Shown piece by piece: positions 28,743-40,261 of a stretch of 64,000 bases of DNA. The stretch is from the NCBI GenBank assembly GCA_964528595.1, contig CAZGTM010000002.1, positions 31,646-95,645 on the forward strand. Reading direction: 5' to 3'. This stretch comes from an uncultured Rhodospirillaceae bacterium (GTDB lineage Bacteria; Pseudomonadota; Alphaproteobacteria; UBA2966). The notes beneath the pieces were generated by a model, which saw nothing but the letters and a program-made list of their open reading frames with translations, did no database searches and was not told the origin of the DNA. The number at the start of each line of letters is the position of its first letter. Position 1 is the first letter of the stretch. The translations under genes and the position numbers were made by a program.

Positions 28743-31175
28743 TCAAACGCGGGCGCGCCAGCGCCGCAGCAATAAGGAATTCGAAACCACGCTGACGCTC
28801 GAAAACGCCATCGCGGCGCCGGCGATCACCGGACTGAGGAACCCCAGCGCCGCCAGTGGTATGCCGATGACGTTGTAAATGAACGCCCAGAACAGGTTTT
28901 GCCGGATCTTGTTGTAGGCCGCATGCGAGACCGACATGGCCTCGGCCAGCAACATTGGGTCGCCCCGCATCAAGGTGATGCCGGCGGTTTGCATGGCAAC
29001 ATCGGTACCGGTTCCCATGGCGATGCCGATATCGGCGGCGGCCAGGGCGGGCGCGTCGTTGATGCCGTCGCCGACCATGGCGACCACGTGGCCTTCGCTT
29101 TTGAGGCGTTCCACTTCGGCTGCCTTGTCCTGTGGCAGGACCTCGGCGATCACCTGGTCGACCCCGACGGCCTCCGCCACGACGGCGGCCGTGCGGGCAT
29201 TGTCGCCCGTCATCATAACCGTCCGGACTCCGGCGGCACGGAGCCGTACGATGGCGGCGGGCGCGGTTTCCTTAACCGGATCCGCCACCGCGATCAGCCC
29301 AAGCAGCGCGCCGTCTTTTGCGGCCCACATGACCGTGCGCCCCAGACTTTCCAATTCCGATGCTCGATTGTCGAAGTCCGCAAGATCGACACCCTTGTCC
29401 GTCATTATCGCGCGGTTACCGACAACGACATCATGGCGGCTAACCTGCGCCGTGAGGCCTTTACCGGTAACGCTCTGGAAATCCTCGACCGCCTGCAAAT
29501 CCAGCCCTTTCTCCGCCGCCGCATCCAGCACGGCGCGGGCCAGGGGATGTTCGCTGGCGCGCTGGGCGGAGGCGGCAAGCGCCAGGAGGTCCATGTCATC
29601 GTCCGCAACGATTTCGGTCACGGCGGGATGGCCTGCCGTCAGGGTGCCGGTCTTGTCGAGGACGATGACGTCGGCGCGGTGGGCCAGTTCAAGCGCCAGC
29701 GCATCCTTGATCAGGATACCCGCCCGGGCCGCGGCGCCGGTGCCGACCATGATGGCGGTCGGCGTCGCCAATCCCAGGGCACAGGGACAAGCGATCACGA
29801 GCACCGAAACGGCGGCGATAAGGGCTTGAGCGAAATCGCCCGTCAGCAGCCACCAAGCAGCCAGCGTAACGACGGCGGCAACGATAACCGCGGGTACGAA
29901 CACGGCGCTGACACGGTCCACCAGTTTCTGCACCGGCGCCTTGCTGGCCTGCGCGCCTTCCACCAGCTTGATGATGCGGGCCAAGGTGGCTGCCGCACCC
30001 ACCGCCGTCGCGCGAATATTGAGTGATCCCGTGCCGTTGATGGCGCCGCCGATCACACTATCGTCCGGCGATTTGCTCACCGGCAGGCTCTCGCCGGTCA
30101 GCAGCGCCTCGTCGACGGCGCTGTGGCCCGTCACGACGACGCCGTCGACGGCAATGCGCTCACCCGGCTTGACGACCACGATATCGCCGTTGACCACGGC
30201 GTCGATGGCGATTTCCATGTCCTTGCCATCGCGCAGAACTGTTGCCGTTTCGGGCCGCAGGCGGACCAAGGCGCGGATGGCGTCGGTGGTGCTGCGCTTG
30301 GCCCGGGTTTCCAGCCATTTACCTAGCAACACCAGGGTGATGACCACGGCCGCCGCTTCGAAGTAGAGCGGTCCGCCGATGCTCATTTGGTAAATGCTGA
30401 AGCCGTAAGCCGCCGAGGTGCCCAACGCCACCAGCAAGTCCATATTGCCGGAACCGGCCTTCAGGGCTTTGAAGGCGGCGACATAGAAACGGCGCCCCAA
30501 GACGAACTGCACTGGCGTCGCCAGCACCAACTCGCCCCAGGCCGGCAGGTGCCAGCCCAAACCCAACATCATGCCGATCATCTGTAATACCAACGGTGCG
30601 CTTAAAGCCGCCGCCGCGACCACCGACCACATCTCGCGTCTGGCACGGGTTTCGGCTTCCTCGGCCAGGGCGGCCTCGCGGGTGGCGTCGCTGGTCTTGG
30701 TTTCGGCGCCGTAACCCGCCGCCTCGATGGCTGAAACCAGTTGTCCAGGCCCGATCGCCCCCGCAGGCGCAATTACCGTAGCGATTTCGCTCGCCAAGTT
30801 GACCTGAACCTCTTCCGTGCCGTCCAGGGCAGACAGCGCCTTTTCGACGCGTCCGACGCAGCTGGCGCAGGTCATTCCCGTGACATGGATTTCCGTGGTC
30901 TCAAGCGGCACCTCGAACCCGGTGCGGGCGACGACGCCCGTCAGGTCCAGCGGCGTCGTGGCATTATGGTCGAATTCGATTTCCGCCTGTTCGGCAGCCA
31001 GATTGACGCTGGCGCGCCCGACGCCGGGAGCTTTGGCCAGCGCCATTTCCAGCCGTCCCGAACACGAGGCGCAGGTCATACCGCGAATGGGCAGAACGAT
31101 CGTGTCCAACTCACCGTTGGCCACTGCGGCGGCCCCGGATTCCGCTGTTTTTGGAGCGTCGATTATATCGGTCAT
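28743..31175 (-). CDS. copA: Copper-translocating P1B-type ATPase (CopA/ActP) with two N-terminal HMA domains
   Basis: Two GMTCASC HMA domains are present. Other motifs are CPC in the sixth transmembrane helix, DKTGTLT (phosphorylation site), HP and [10 protein letters not shown]. Confidence 0.95.
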   Translation of the reverse strand: MTDIIDAPKTAESGAAAVANGELDTIVLPIRGMTCASCSGRLEMALAKAPGVGRASVNLAAEQAEIEFDHNATTPLDLTGVVARTGFEVPLETTEIHVTGMTCASCVGRVEKALSALDGTEEVQVNLASEIATVIAPAGAIGPGQLVSAIEAAGYGAETKTSDATREAALAEEAETRARREMWSVVAAAALSAPLVLQMIGMMLGLGWHLPAWGELVLATPVQFVLGRRFYVAAFKALKAGSGNMDLLVALGTSAAYGFSIYQMSIGGPLYFEAAAVVITLVLLGKWLETRAKRSTTDAIRALVRLRPETATVLRDGKDMEIAIDAVVNGDIVVVKPGERIAVDGVVVTGHSAVDEALLTGESLPVSKSPDDSVIGGAINGTGSLNIRATAVGAAATLARIIKLVEGAQASKAPVQKLVDRVSAVFVPAVIVAAVVTLAAWWLLTGDFAQALIAAVSVLVIACPCALGLATPTAIMVGTGAAARAGILIKDALALELAHRADVIVLDKTGTLTAGHPAVTEIVADDDMDLLALAASAQRASEHPLARAVLDAAAEKGLDLQAVEDFQSVTGKGLTAQVSRHDVVVGNRAIMTDKGVDLADFDNRASELESLGRTVMWAAKDGALLGLIAVADPVKETAPAAIVRLRAAGVRTVMMTGDNARTAAVVAEAVGVDQVIAEVLPQDKAAEVERLKSEGHVVAMVGDGINDAPALAAADIGIAMGTGTDVAMQTAGITLMRGDPMLLAEAMSVSHAAYNKIRQNLFWAFIYNVIGIPLAALGFLSPVIAGAAMAFSSVSVVSNSLLLRRWRARV

Positions 31176-31180
31176 ATGAA

Positions 31181-31212
31181 ATTATATAGGCTTCCAGTTA
31201 CTAGAAGGTCAA
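31181..31212 (-). promoter_or_regulatory. MerR/CueR-type promoter of the copA-cueR-yibQ-copZ operon
   Basis: On the copA strand the sequence is TTGACC-(20 nt)-TATAAT. The spacer holds the dyad CTTCTAG-TAA-CTGGAAG (CCTTCt...GGAAGc), which resembles CueR boxes. The -10 element lies only about 5 nt before the ATG. Confidence 0.6.
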
Positions 31213-31356
31213 GGTTTGAATTGCATATGCTCAGTATGCTGATTGGAAGCGGGACTTGACGCGGGGGGACGAGACCTGTTTCCTGCACCCCTTGGTGGGG
31301 TGGCGCGCGCGGCAATTGTTGCGGAAGCGCTTTATAAAATTCTCGTAAGCAATTGA

Positions 31357-31980
31357 ATGATAACGTTAATCGACAACTACGACAGCTTCGCATATAACCT
31401 GGTTCACTACCTCGGTGAACTGGGCGCGGAAGTCGTCGTGCACCGCAATGACCAAGTGACGGTTGATGAGGTGCTGTCGGCCTCCCCGGCGGGCATCGTC
31501 ATATCGCCGGGTCCGTGCGATCCCGACAAAGCGGGGATTTGCCTCGATCTGGTCGAAAAGGCGGCGGGAAATGTACCGGTTTTCGGTGTTTGCCTGGGCC
31601 ATCAGACTATCGGACAGGCCTTCGGCGGCCGTGTTGTCCGGGCGCCCAAAATGATGCACGGCAAGGTGAGTCGCGTGCATCACGACGGCGCCGGGGTATT
31701 CGAAGACGTCGGGCAGGATTTTCAGGCCACCCGCTACCATTCGCTGACGGTGGAACACGAGGGGCTGCCTGACTGCCTGGAGGTCTCCGCCCAGAGCGAA
31801 GACGGCGTCATCATGGGCCTGCGGCACAAAGAACACGAGGTGCACGGCGTCCAGTTCCACCCCGAAAGCATCGCATCGCAGTTCGGACACCGTATGCTGG
31901 CCAATTTTCTCCGCCTCGCGGGGTTAGACAAGATCAACGATATCGCTCCCTTGGACGTCGAAATGGGGAAATGGGCATGA
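31357..31980 (+). CDS. trpG: Anthranilate synthase component II (glutamine amidotransferase)
   Basis: [22 protein letters not shown] (catalytic Cys) and HPES are present. Confidence 0.95.
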   Translation: MITLIDNYDSFAYNLVHYLGELGAEVVVHRNDQVTVDEVLSASPAGIVISPGPCDPDKAGICLDLVEKAAGNVPVFGVCLGHQTIGQAFGGRVVRAPKMMHGKVSRVHHDGAGVFEDVGQDFQATRYHSLTVEHEGLPDCLEVSAQSEDGVIMGLRHKEHEVHGVQFHPESIASQFGHRMLANFLRLAGLDKINDIAPLDVEMGKWA

Positions 31981-33041
31981 CGGACAGACCTTCAGACCTC
32001 AAATCGACCATCGCCATCGTGGCAACGGGGCAAACGTTGAGCGTCGAGCAGTCGCGACAGGCCTTCGACATCATGATGTCCGGCGACGCCACGCCGTCGC
32101 AAATGGGCGCGTTTCTCATGGCGCTGCGCCTGCGCGGCGAGACCGTCGACGAGATCAGCGGCGGCGTCATGACCATGCGTGACAAGATGGTGCGCATCAG
32201 CGCCCCGGACGACGCGGTCGACGTTGTCGGCACCGGTGGCGATTCATCCGGCACCTACAATATTTCCACCGCCTCGGGCTTCGTCGTCGCCGGTTGCGGC
32301 GTGCCGGTCGCCAAGCACGGCAACAAGGCGGCGTCCTCGAAGTCGGGCTCGGCGGACGTGTTGACGGCACTCGGCGTCAACCTCGACTACGACATGATTT
32401 TGGTCGAGAAGGCGCTGGCGGAGGCCGGCATCTGCTTCATGATGGCGCCGCGCCACCACGGCGCCATGCGTCACGTCGGCGGCACGCGCGTTGAACTGGC
32501 GACCCGGACGATCTTCAATCTCCTGGGCCCGTTGTCGAACCCGGCCGGCGTCAAACGCCAGATGATCGGCGTCTTTTCGCTGGATTGGGTGGAACCGCTG
32601 GCCGAGGTGCTGAGAAACCTGGGCTCGGAACACGTCTGGATCATCCACGGCTCCGACGGCCTCGACGAGATCACCACCACCGGCACGACCCATGTGGCGG
32701 AACTGAAGGACGGTGAGATCCGCACGTTCGAAATTTCGCCCGAGGACGCCGGCCTGCCTTTCGGCGATCCCGCGGACCTCAAGGGCGGCGATGCCGAAAC
32801 CAATGCCCTGGCGCTGAACGCGTTGCTGGATGGCCATGAAAGCGCCTACCGAGATATCGTCCTGCTCAATTCGGCGGCGACGCTGATCACCGCCGGGCGG
32901 GCCGCCGACCTGCGCGAGGGCGCGGATATGGCCGCTGAGTCGATCGATTCGGGCAGTGCCCGCCAAGCGCTCGATCAACTGATCGAAATCAGCCATGAAG
33001 TTCTGCCGGATCCCGAAGATGAGGAAGACGGCGCGGAATGA
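31971..33041 (+). CDS. trpD: Anthranilate phosphoribosyltransferase
   Basis: [24 protein letters not shown] and APRHH are present. The gene overlaps the trpG end. Confidence 0.95.
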   Translation: MGMTDRPSDLKSTIAIVATGQTLSVEQSRQAFDIMMSGDATPSQMGAFLMALRLRGETVDEISGGVMTMRDKMVRISAPDDAVDVVGTGGDSSGTYNISTASGFVVAGCGVPVAKHGNKAASSKSGSADVLTALGVNLDYDMILVEKALAEAGICFMMAPRHHGAMRHVGGTRVELATRTIFNLLGPLSNPAGVKRQMIGVFSLDWVEPLAEVLRNLGSEHVWIIHGSDGLDEITTTGTTHVAELKDGEIRTFEISPEDAGLPFGDPADLKGGDAETNALALNALLDGHESAYRDIVLLNSAATLITAGRAADLREGADMAAESIDSGSARQALDQLIEISHEVLPDPEDEEDGAE

Positions 33042-33853
33042 GCGACGTCCTCGCCCGCATCTGCGCCGACAAGCGCGACCATGTCGCCGCCTGCAAGCAG
33101 GCCCGACCCAGGGCGGAAATCGAAAGCGCGGCCAAAGCGGCGCCTCCCCTGCGCGGCTTCCGCGCGGCGCTCGAACAATCGGTTGCCGCGGGCCGCTACG
33201 CCCTGATCGCCGAAATCAAGAAAGCCTCACCGTCCAAGGGACTGATCCGGCCGGACTTCGATCCTCCCGCGCTGGCGCGCGCCTATGAAGCCGGCGGCGC
33301 AAGCTGCCTTTCGGTTCTCACGGATGTGCCCTACTTCCAGGGCGCCGACGACTACCTCGTCGCCGCAAGAGCCGCGGTTTCGCTACCCGTGCTGCGCAAG
33401 GACTTCATGGTCGATCCCTATCAGGTCGCCGAGGCTCGCGCGCTGGGAGCGGACTGCATTTTGCTAATCGTGGCGGCCCTGGACGTGGGCCAGGCGAAGG
33501 AAATCGAAAGCGCTGCGAACGACTGGGACATGGAGGTGCTGGTGGAGGTCCATGACGCCGCGGAGCTTGAAACGGCGCTCGCGGAATTCCAAAGCCGGCT
33601 GATCGGTATCAACAACCGCAATCTCAAGACGCTGGAGGTCGATATCGCCACGGCCGAGGCATTGTTGCCGCGTCTGCCGGCCGATGCCCTGGCGGTGGCC
33701 GAAAGCGGGCTGTTTACGCCGGCCGATCTATCGCGTATGAGCAAGGCGGGCGCCGATTGTTTCCTGATCGGCGAATCGCTGATGCGCCGGGACGACGTGG
33801 CGGCGGCAACGGCGGCGCTGTTAAGAGCGCCGCCGGCGGCGGCGACCGGATAG
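33038..33853 (+). CDS. trpC: Indole-3-glycerol phosphate synthase
   Basis: [23 protein letters not shown] and GINNRNL are present. An ATGA overlap links it to trpD. Confidence 0.95.
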   Translation: MSDVLARICADKRDHVAACKQARPRAEIESAAKAAPPLRGFRAALEQSVAAGRYALIAEIKKASPSKGLIRPDFDPPALARAYEAGGASCLSVLTDVPYFQGADDYLVAARAAVSLPVLRKDFMVDPYQVAEARALGADCILLIVAALDVGQAKEIESAANDWDMEVLVEVHDAAELETALAEFQSRLIGINNRNLKTLEVDIATAEALLPRLPADALAVAESGLFTPADLSRMSKAGADCFLIGESLMRRDDVAAATAALLRAPPAAATG

Positions 33854-34351
33854 TTGAGGAGAGTACCTTTGAGCGGCTTCAGCCATTTCGACGACCAGGG
33901 CAAGGCCCACATGGTCGACGTCTCCGACAAGGGCGAAACCGAGCGCATCGCACGCGCGGGCGCCACGGTCACGATGGAGCCGGAAACCCTGGCGCTGATC
34001 CAGCAAGGCGATATCGGCAAAGGCGACGTGTTGGGGGTGGCGCGCCTCGCCGGCATCATGGCCGCCAAGAAGACCGCCGATCTCATTCCGCTCTGCCATC
34101 CGTTGGCGCTCACGAAGGTTACCGTGGATTTGGTTTGCGTGCCCGAACGCAATGCCGTCGATATCGAGGCGACCTGCAAACTAAAAGGCCGGACGGGCGT
34201 GGAGATGGAAGCGCTGACGGCGGCCGCCGTCGCGGCGTTGACGGTCTACGACATGTGCAAGGCGGTCGACCGGGCGATGACGGTCTCTGATATCCGCCTG
34301 CTCCACAAATTCGGCGGTAAGTCGGGCGAGTTCAACAGGGACGCGGATTAA
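33854..34351 (+). CDS. moaC: Cyclic pyranopterin monophosphate synthase accessory protein MoaC
   Basis: [15 protein letters not shown] and [23 protein letters not shown] are present. The start may be the TTG at about 33869 (LSGFSHF), which has a GAGGAG Shine-Dalgarno sequence. Confidence 0.9.
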   Translation: MRRVPLSGFSHFDDQGKAHMVDVSDKGETERIARAGATVTMEPETLALIQQGDIGKGDVLGVARLAGIMAAKKTADLIPLCHPLALTKVTVDLVCVPERNAVDIEATCKLKGRTGVEMEALTAAAVAALTVYDMCKAVDRAMTVSDIRLLHKFGGKSGEFNRDAD

Positions 34352-34355
34352 AGCC

Positions 34356-35582
34356 ATGCCCGAAGCCCCTGCCCTCATGCCCGTTGCCGATGCGCGGGCG
34401 CGAATTCTCGACGCCATGCAGCCCGTTGCCGTGGAAACCGTGGCGTTGGCCGACTCACTCCACCGCGTGCTGGCCGAGGACGTCACCGCCCGCGTCACCC
34501 AGCCGCCCAGCGCCGTTTCGGCCATGGACGGTTACGCCGTAATCGCCGCCGACGTGGCGGAGGTACCCGCAACGCTTACCGTCGTCGGCGAAGCGCCGGC
34601 GGGCGGCGCCTTTGAGGGCGTGGTCAAATCGGGCGAGGCCGTGCGCATCTTCACCGGCGGCCCGGTGCCGGACGGCGCCGACGCCATCGTCATCCAGGAA
34701 GACACGACCCGCGACGGCGACGGGGTGACGGTGACGGAATGCTCGGGCGAAGGCCGCTATATCCGGCCCGCCGGCCTCGACTTCGCCGCCGGCGATACCG
34801 GTCTTACGGCGGGGCGGATCATGAATGCCCGCGACATCGCCTTTGCCGCCGCCATGAACGTGCCCTGGGTGCGGGTGCGGCGCAAACCGCGCGTCGCGGT
34901 CCTCGCCACGGGCGACGAACTCGTCATGCCCGGCGAGGCGTTGGGGCCCAACCAGATAATCAGTTCCAACAACATTGGCCTTTGCGCCATGATCGCGGCT
35001 TGCGGCGGCGAGGCCATCGACCTCGGCATCGCCAAGGACGACGAGGATTCGCTCAAAACCATGGCCGAAGGCGCACGCGGGGCCGACCTGCTGGTCACCG
35101 TCGGCGGCGCCTCGGTCGGCGATCACGACCTCATCCAGAAAGTTCTCGGCGACACCGGGCTCAGCGTTGATTTCTGGCGCATCGCCATGCGGCCGGGCAA
35201 ACCGCTGATCTTCGGCGATTTCAACGGCGTGCCCATGCTCGGTCTGCCGGGCAATCCGGTCTCGGCCCTGATCTGCGCTCTGGTTTACTTGAAGCCCGCC
35301 CTCGCCGCCTTGCTGGGCGCGGAAGACCCGGTGCTGGAAACCACGCCGGCAGTCCTGGCCGGCGACCTCGGCGAAAACGACCAGCGCGAGGATTACCTGC
35401 GCGCCCGCCTGGCCCGCGACGAGGACGGCAACCTGACCGCCACCGCCTTCGCCAAGCAGGACAGCAGCATGCTTTCCCGCCTCGCCGCCGCCGATTGCCT
35501 GATCATCCGGCCGCCCTTCGCCCCGGCCGTTGCCGCCGGCACCACCATCGACGTCGTGGTGCTGAGCCACCTGGGGTATTAA
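34356..35582 (+). CDS. moeA: Molybdopterin molybdenumtransferase MoeA
   Basis: SAMDGYAV, TGGPVP, DLLVTVGGASVGDHD and LPGNPVSA are present. Confidence 0.9.
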   Translation: MPEAPALMPVADARARILDAMQPVAVETVALADSLHRVLAEDVTARVTQPPSAVSAMDGYAVIAADVAEVPATLTVVGEAPAGGAFEGVVKSGEAVRIFTGGPVPDGADAIVIQEDTTRDGDGVTVTECSGEGRYIRPAGLDFAAGDTGLTAGRIMNARDIAFAAAMNVPWVRVRRKPRVAVLATGDELVMPGEALGPNQIISSNNIGLCAMIAACGGEAIDLGIAKDDEDSLKTMAEGARGADLLVTVGGASVGDHDLIQKVLGDTGLSVDFWRIAMRPGKPLIFGDFNGVPMLGLPGNPVSALICALVYLKPALAALLGAEDPVLETTPAVLAGDLGENDQREDYLRARLARDEDGNLTATAFAKQDSSMLSRLAAADCLIIRPPFAPAVAAGTTIDVVVLSHLGY

Positions 35583-35613
35583 ATCGGCCCAAAACCCCCT
35601 TGACGGACAATGA

Positions 35614-35628
35614 GAACTAAACTAGAAC
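35614..35628 (+). promoter_or_regulatory. Alphaproteobacterial LexA (SOS) box upstream of lexA
   Basis: GAAC-taaacta-GAAC fits the GAAC-N7-GAAC direct-repeat SOS box. It lies about 90 nt upstream of the lexA start. Confidence 0.7.
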
Positions 35629-35636
35629 ATACATAT

Positions 35637-35651
35637 GTTTTTGTTTTGTTC
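35637..35651 (+). promoter_or_regulatory. Second, degenerate LexA box in inverse orientation
   Basis: GTTT-ttgtttt-GTTC is one mismatch from GTTC-N7-GTTC. It sits 9 nt after the first box. Confidence 0.45.
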
Positions 35652-35716
35652 CCCAGACACAATATCTGGGGAAAACTCAGAAATCCGGTGTTTCGGATAG
35701 ATACCTGCGAGGGGCC

Positions 35717-36421
35717 ATGCTGACGCGGAAGCAACACGAACTTCTCACCTTCATCAACGGCTATCTGACGGAAAAGGGGCTCTCCCCCTCGTTCGATGAA
35801 ATGAAGGCCGCCTTGGGATTGAAGTCCAAATCGGGCATTCACCGGCTGATCACGGGGCTCGAGGAACGGGGCTTCATCCGCCGCCTGCCCCACCGGGCCC
35901 GGGCTCTCGAGGTGCTCAAACTTCCCGATTCCGCCGCCGCCGCAGCGACCGCCCCCGCGCCGGAAGAGAAAACCTTCTCACCCAACATTATCGAGGCCGA
36001 TTTCGGCGCCCACAGCACCCATGTGGAAGCCAGTCCCGAAGTCGTCTCGCTACCGCTTTACGGCCAGATCGCCGCCGGTACGCCGATCGAAGCCCTGCGC
36101 GATCAGTCCAACAACGTCGAAGTGCCGGGCGCGATGCTGGGCCGGGGCGAGTATTACGCCCTGACGGTGGCCGGCGATTCGATGATCGAAGTCGGCATCT
36201 TCGACGGCGACACCGTTATCATCGAACGCGGCGACACCGCCGAAAGCGGCGCCATCGTCGTGGCCCTGGTGGACGATCAGGAAGTGACGCTCAAGCGCAT
36301 GCGCCGCAAAGGCAACTCCATCGCCCTGGAAGCCGCCAACGAAGACTATGAGACCCGCATCTTCGGCCCCGACCGGGTCAAGGTGCAGGGCAAGCTCGCC
36401 GGCTTGATGCGGCAATACTGA
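35717..36421 (+). CDS. lexA: LexA repressor
   Basis: The winged-helix N-terminus reads [12 protein letters not shown]...[21 protein letters not shown]. The Ala-Gly cleavage region and S24 peptidase Ser/Lys are present. The length, 234 aa, is typical of alphaproteobacterial LexA. Confidence 0.95.
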   Translation: MLTRKQHELLTFINGYLTEKGLSPSFDEMKAALGLKSKSGIHRLITGLEERGFIRRLPHRARALEVLKLPDSAAAAATAPAPEEKTFSPNIIEADFGAHSTHVEASPEVVSLPLYGQIAAGTPIEALRDQSNNVEVPGAMLGRGEYYALTVAGDSMIEVGIFDGDTVIIERGDTAESGAIVVALVDDQEVTLKRMRRKGNSIALEAANEDYETRIFGPDRVKVQGKLAGLMRQY

Positions 36422-36424
36422 TCG

Positions 36425-38578
36425 CTACCGCGAACCCTTTTTCCTCATAGGCCTAAGTCTCGATTTCGACGGCGACCACGGGCGCAGTCCGCGTTCGTCG
36501 GCGACAGAGCGCACGCAGGCCGTTCCGTCTTTATGCAGCCACACGGCATGGGCGCCCTCGCGCCAGAGGTCGAAACGGTCGACCGTGTAGGCCGGGCCGT
36601 TGCAGTGCTGGCGCAGGGGCACGGCGCTGATGACGATATCTGCAACGGCACAGTCCTCCCCCACCGCATCGACCTGCCGGACAAGTGCGACCGTGTGGCC
36701 TTTGGCCCGGTAAAGGCAGCCGAAATCGTCGCAAACCAGGCGCTCTCCCATTCTTGAATTCTGCGTGGGCCAGGGTAGCGGCGCTTCCTGTCCGCGCGAT
36801 TCCAGCCATTCGCCCGTCAGGTGGCTTTCACGCTGCCGCGAAATCCGCAGCCGCCCGTCGGCCTCGGCGACCGCGAACGTTTCACCGCGGGGACCGACCA
36901 GCACGTCGGGACGGTCCGCCGCCGCATAGAATACCAAACCGGCCAAGACGGGGCCGATACCCCAGATCCGCCAATGGCCGGACCAAAGGCACAGCCACAA
37001 ACCGCCCAAGGCAATGGCGGCGATTGAGGCATCCGGCATGGAGGGCAATAGTTTTACCGCGCCGGGCCAGGCCGCCACGGTCTCGGCCACGCGCAATACC
37101 GCCTCGATGCCCCAGCCCATGGGCGCCAGGGCCAGGCCTTCGAGACCCAGCGGCATCAGCGCGAAGGCGGCGATGGCAAAGGGCATGATCCACATCGCCA
37201 TGATGGGGACGGCGATCAGGTTGGCTGCCAGCCCGTAGACCGCGAAGCGGCCGAAATGGTAGGCGGCGAAGGGTCCCGTTGCCGTACTGGCCACCACCGT
37301 GGTGAGGGCGACGCCCGCCACGTAAAGCGTCATCCGGCGCGTCATGCCGCCGTCGCTGCGCCAGCCGCCAAACGAACCGCGGGCGATCTCATAAACCGCG
37401 ATCAGGGCGACAACGGCCGCGAACGACATCTGGAAACTGGGGCCGAGCAGGCTTTCCGGGGTGATCAGCAGGACGGCGGCGGCAGCCCAGGCCACAAGGC
37501 CCATGGACAAGGCGCGGCGATCGAGCATTACCGCCACCAGCACTAGACCGGTCATCAGGAAGGCCCGCTGTGTCGGCACGGTCGAGCCCGTCAGGATGAG
37601 GTAGGCCAGCGCGCCGAGCAGGGCCGCCGCGGCCGCCCATTTCTTGACCGGATGGCGCAGGGCAATGGGTTCGATCAGGGCCAGCAGCGCCCGGATGACG
37701 AAGAACAGGATGGCCGCCAGCAAGCCGATGTGCAGCCCGGAAATCGCCAGCAGGTGGGCCAATCCGGCATCCCGCATGGCTTGGAGCACGGTTTCGGGGA
37801 TGGCGCCGCGTTCGCCCGTCATCAAGGCCGCCGCGACGGCGCCCCGCCGCCCTTCCAACGCTTCCAGGATCCGGCTTGTGATGTCCTGGCGCAGGGCTTC
37901 GATGGTATGGCCGAAACCGTTTCGGGCACCCCGCATGACGATCTCCGGCCGGGAAACGGCGTAGCCGACGCCGCCGATGCCTTTGAACCAGGCGTAACGG
38001 ACGAAATCGAAGCCGCCGGGCAATGATGCGTCAGGCGGCGGCATGAGGACAGCGCGCAAGCGGATGCGGTCACCGGCGGTGATGCTTTCCCCACCGCCCG
38101 TCCGCACCGTTATGCGCACGCTTGCGGGCCACTTGGGGCGGGTCAAGCGGGCGATTTCCGGCTCAGAGACGACAATGCGGGTGCCTTTTGTACGCCGCTC
38201 CACCGAGGAAACGACGCCTTCCAGCAAGACCGCCCCCATGCGCTTCTCGATCACCGGAGCGGCAACCGACCGGGCCCGCCATTGGGCCGCCGAGAAGCCC
38301 AGGGTAAGCGCCACGAAAGCGGACGCCACAATGACCCAGCCGGTGCTGCGCCAGCCGAGCCACAACAGCAGGACGCCCAGCCCCAGACCCGAGGGTGCGG
38401 CCCAAACGGGTGGCTCCACCGGCAAGGCGAAATAGGCGGCAACGCCGATGCCGAGCAAGACCGGCAGCCACAGCACGCGCCTTTCCTGCTCGTCCGCCAG
38501 GCGGAGGTTCAACGCCCCGACGAAGGCCGCAACTGATCGTCGACCGGATTGCCTGTCATCTCTGGCGCGTTCGGACAC
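36425..38578 (-). CDS. comEC: ComEC/Rec2 family DNA internalisation channel protein
   Basis: The polytopic membrane core contains LAHLLAISGLHIG. The C-terminal metallo-beta-lactamase-like part is absent or short. The start is uncertain: the track start at 38692 would abut gltX, so I placed it at the in-frame GTG of VSERARDD. Confidence 0.8.
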   Translation of the reverse strand: MSERARDDRQSGRRSVAAFVGALNLRLADEQERRVLWLPVLLGIGVAAYFALPVEPPVWAAPSGLGLGVLLLWLGWRSTGWVIVASAFVALTLGFSAAQWRARSVAAPVIEKRMGAVLLEGVVSSVERRTKGTRIVVSEPEIARLTRPKWPASVRITVRTGGGESITAGDRIRLRAVLMPPPDASLPGGFDFVRYAWFKGIGGVGYAVSRPEIVMRGARNGFGHTIEALRQDITSRILEALEGRRGAVAAALMTGERGAIPETVLQAMRDAGLAHLLAISGLHIGLLAAILFFVIRALLALIEPIALRHPVKKWAAAAALLGALAYLILTGSTVPTQRAFLMTGLVLVAVMLDRRALSMGLVAWAAAAVLLITPESLLGPSFQMSFAAVVALIAVYEIARGSFGGWRSDGGMTRRMTLYVAGVALTTVVASTATGPFAAYHFGRFAVYGLAANLIAVPIMAMWIMPFAIAAFALMPLGLEGLALAPMGWGIEAVLRVAETVAAWPGAVKLLPSMPDASIAAIALGGLWLCLWSGHWRIWGIGPVLAGLVFYAAADRPDVLVGPRGETFAVAEADGRLRISRQRESHLTGEWLESRGQEAPLPWPTQNSRMGERLVCDDFGCLYRAKGHTVALVRQVDAVGEDCAVADIVISAVPLRQHCNGPAYTVDRFDLWREGAHAVWLHKDGTACVRSVADERGLRPWSPSKSRLRPMRKKGSR

Positions 38579-38710
38579 TAATCCAGGTTCCCCACTCACG
38601 AATACCGACTGGGGTAATGCACGGATCTGAGCGTGTTTTACCGACGGGCCTAGGTATTCACGCCGTTGATGTGCTAAACAGTGCCAGCCCAACCCACCCC
38701 GAAATCATCG

Positions 38711-40156
38711 ATGAAAGTAACCATGAGCGTCGTCACCCGCTTCGCCCCGTCGCCGACGGGCTTTCTCCACATCGGAGGCGCCCGGACGGCGCTGTTCAAC
38801 TGGCTTTACGCCCGCCACCACGGCGGCAAATTCCGCCTGCGCATCGAGGATACCGACCGCAAGCGCTCCACGCCGGAGGCCACGCAGGCCATTCTCGACG
38901 GCCTCGACTGGCTTGGTCTCGATTGCGACGACGAGGTCGTATATCAGTCCCAGCGGGCGGACCGACATGCCGAAGTGGCCGGGGAACTGCTGGCGGCGGG
39001 CAATGCCTATCACTGCTATTGCTCACCCGAGGAATTGGCGGAAATGCGGGAAAAAGCCCGCGCCGAGGGCCGCTCGACGCTCTATGACGGACGCTGGCGA
39101 GACCGCGATCCGGCGGAGGCGCCCGAAGGGGTGCCGCCCGTGGTCCGGTTGAAAGCGCCGCGGACGGGAGAAACCGTGATCGCGGACCTAGTCCAGGGCG
39201 AGGTGCGTTTCAAACACGACCAACTGGACGACATGGTGCTGCTGCGGGCGGACGGCACACCAACCTACATGCTGTCGGTGGTGGTCGACGACCACGACAT
39301 GGGGATCAGCCACATTATCCGGGGCGACGATCACCTCAACAATGCGGCCCGACAAACCCAGATTTACAACGCTTTGGGCTGGGTTATCCCGGTTTTCGGC
39401 CATATTCCGCTGATTCACGGCGCCGACGGCGCCAAATTATCCAAACGCCACGGCGCGCTTGGGGTCGAGGCCTACCGCGACATGGGTTATCTGCCTGCCG
39501 CGATGCGTAACCATCTGCTGCGGCTGGGCTGGAGCCACGGCGATGACGAGCACATCAGCACGGAGCAGGCCATCGAGTGGTTCGATTCCGACGGCTTGGG
39601 CAAATCGCCCTCTCGATTCGATTTCAAGAAACTCGACAGTTTCAACAGCCAGTACCTCAAGGAGACGCCGGATGCCGATCTGTTCGGACTTATCGCCGAG
39701 GCTTTGGTGGATGTGGCCGGCGGCGCGCTTTCCGAGATACAGACGTCACGTGTCATGGCCGCGCTGCCGCACTTAAAGGAACGCGCGAAAACAACATTGG
39801 AACTCATTGAAAATTCGTTATTTTTGATTGACGAACGCCCACTTGAAATGGATGAAAAAGCGGCCGCGTTGCTGACGGATAAAGCCCTTGCGGTATTGGC
39901 CCGCTTCCTCGAACAGGCCCAAGCCTGGGACGGTTGGTCACACGACGTCATCGAAGCCGGCATGCGGGCTTTTGCCGAATCAGAGGAGATGAAGCTGGGC
40001 AAGGTCGCCCAACCTCTGCGCGCAGCGCTGACGGGGCGCACCACCTCCCCCGGGATCTTCGACGTTCTGGAAATTCTGGGCCGGGATGAGACACTGGGTC
40101 GCATTGCCGACGCAACGAATTCGCTGTCTAATAGCGACCCACATGGGGACGAGTGA
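38711..40156 (+). CDS. gltX: Glutamyl-tRNA synthetase
   Basis: [19 protein letters not shown] (HIGH motif) and KLSKR (KMSKS motif) are present. Confidence 0.95.
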   Translation: MKVTMSVVTRFAPSPTGFLHIGGARTALFNWLYARHHGGKFRLRIEDTDRKRSTPEATQAILDGLDWLGLDCDDEVVYQSQRADRHAEVAGELLAAGNAYHCYCSPEELAEMREKARAEGRSTLYDGRWRDRDPAEAPEGVPPVVRLKAPRTGETVIADLVQGEVRFKHDQLDDMVLLRADGTPTYMLSVVVDDHDMGISHIIRGDDHLNNAARQTQIYNALGWVIPVFGHIPLIHGADGAKLSKRHGALGVEAYRDMGYLPAAMRNHLLRLGWSHGDDEHISTEQAIEWFDSDGLGKSPSRFDFKKLDSFNSQYLKETPDADLFGLIAEALVDVAGGALSEIQTSRVMAALPHLKERAKTTLELIENSLFLIDERPLEMDEKAAALLTDKALAVLARFLEQAQAWDGWSHDVIEAGMRAFAESEEMKLGKVAQPLRAALTGRTTSPGIFDVLEILGRDETLGRIADATNSLSNSDPHGDE

Positions 40157-40261
40157 TTTCCCCCAGACGGCAAACAGTCGTATAATTGGTAAAACCGGCG
40201 CTTGCCCCCCGGTTCCCTAATAGCGCCGACAAATTTTTTGGTAATCCAGGAAGGAATATCT

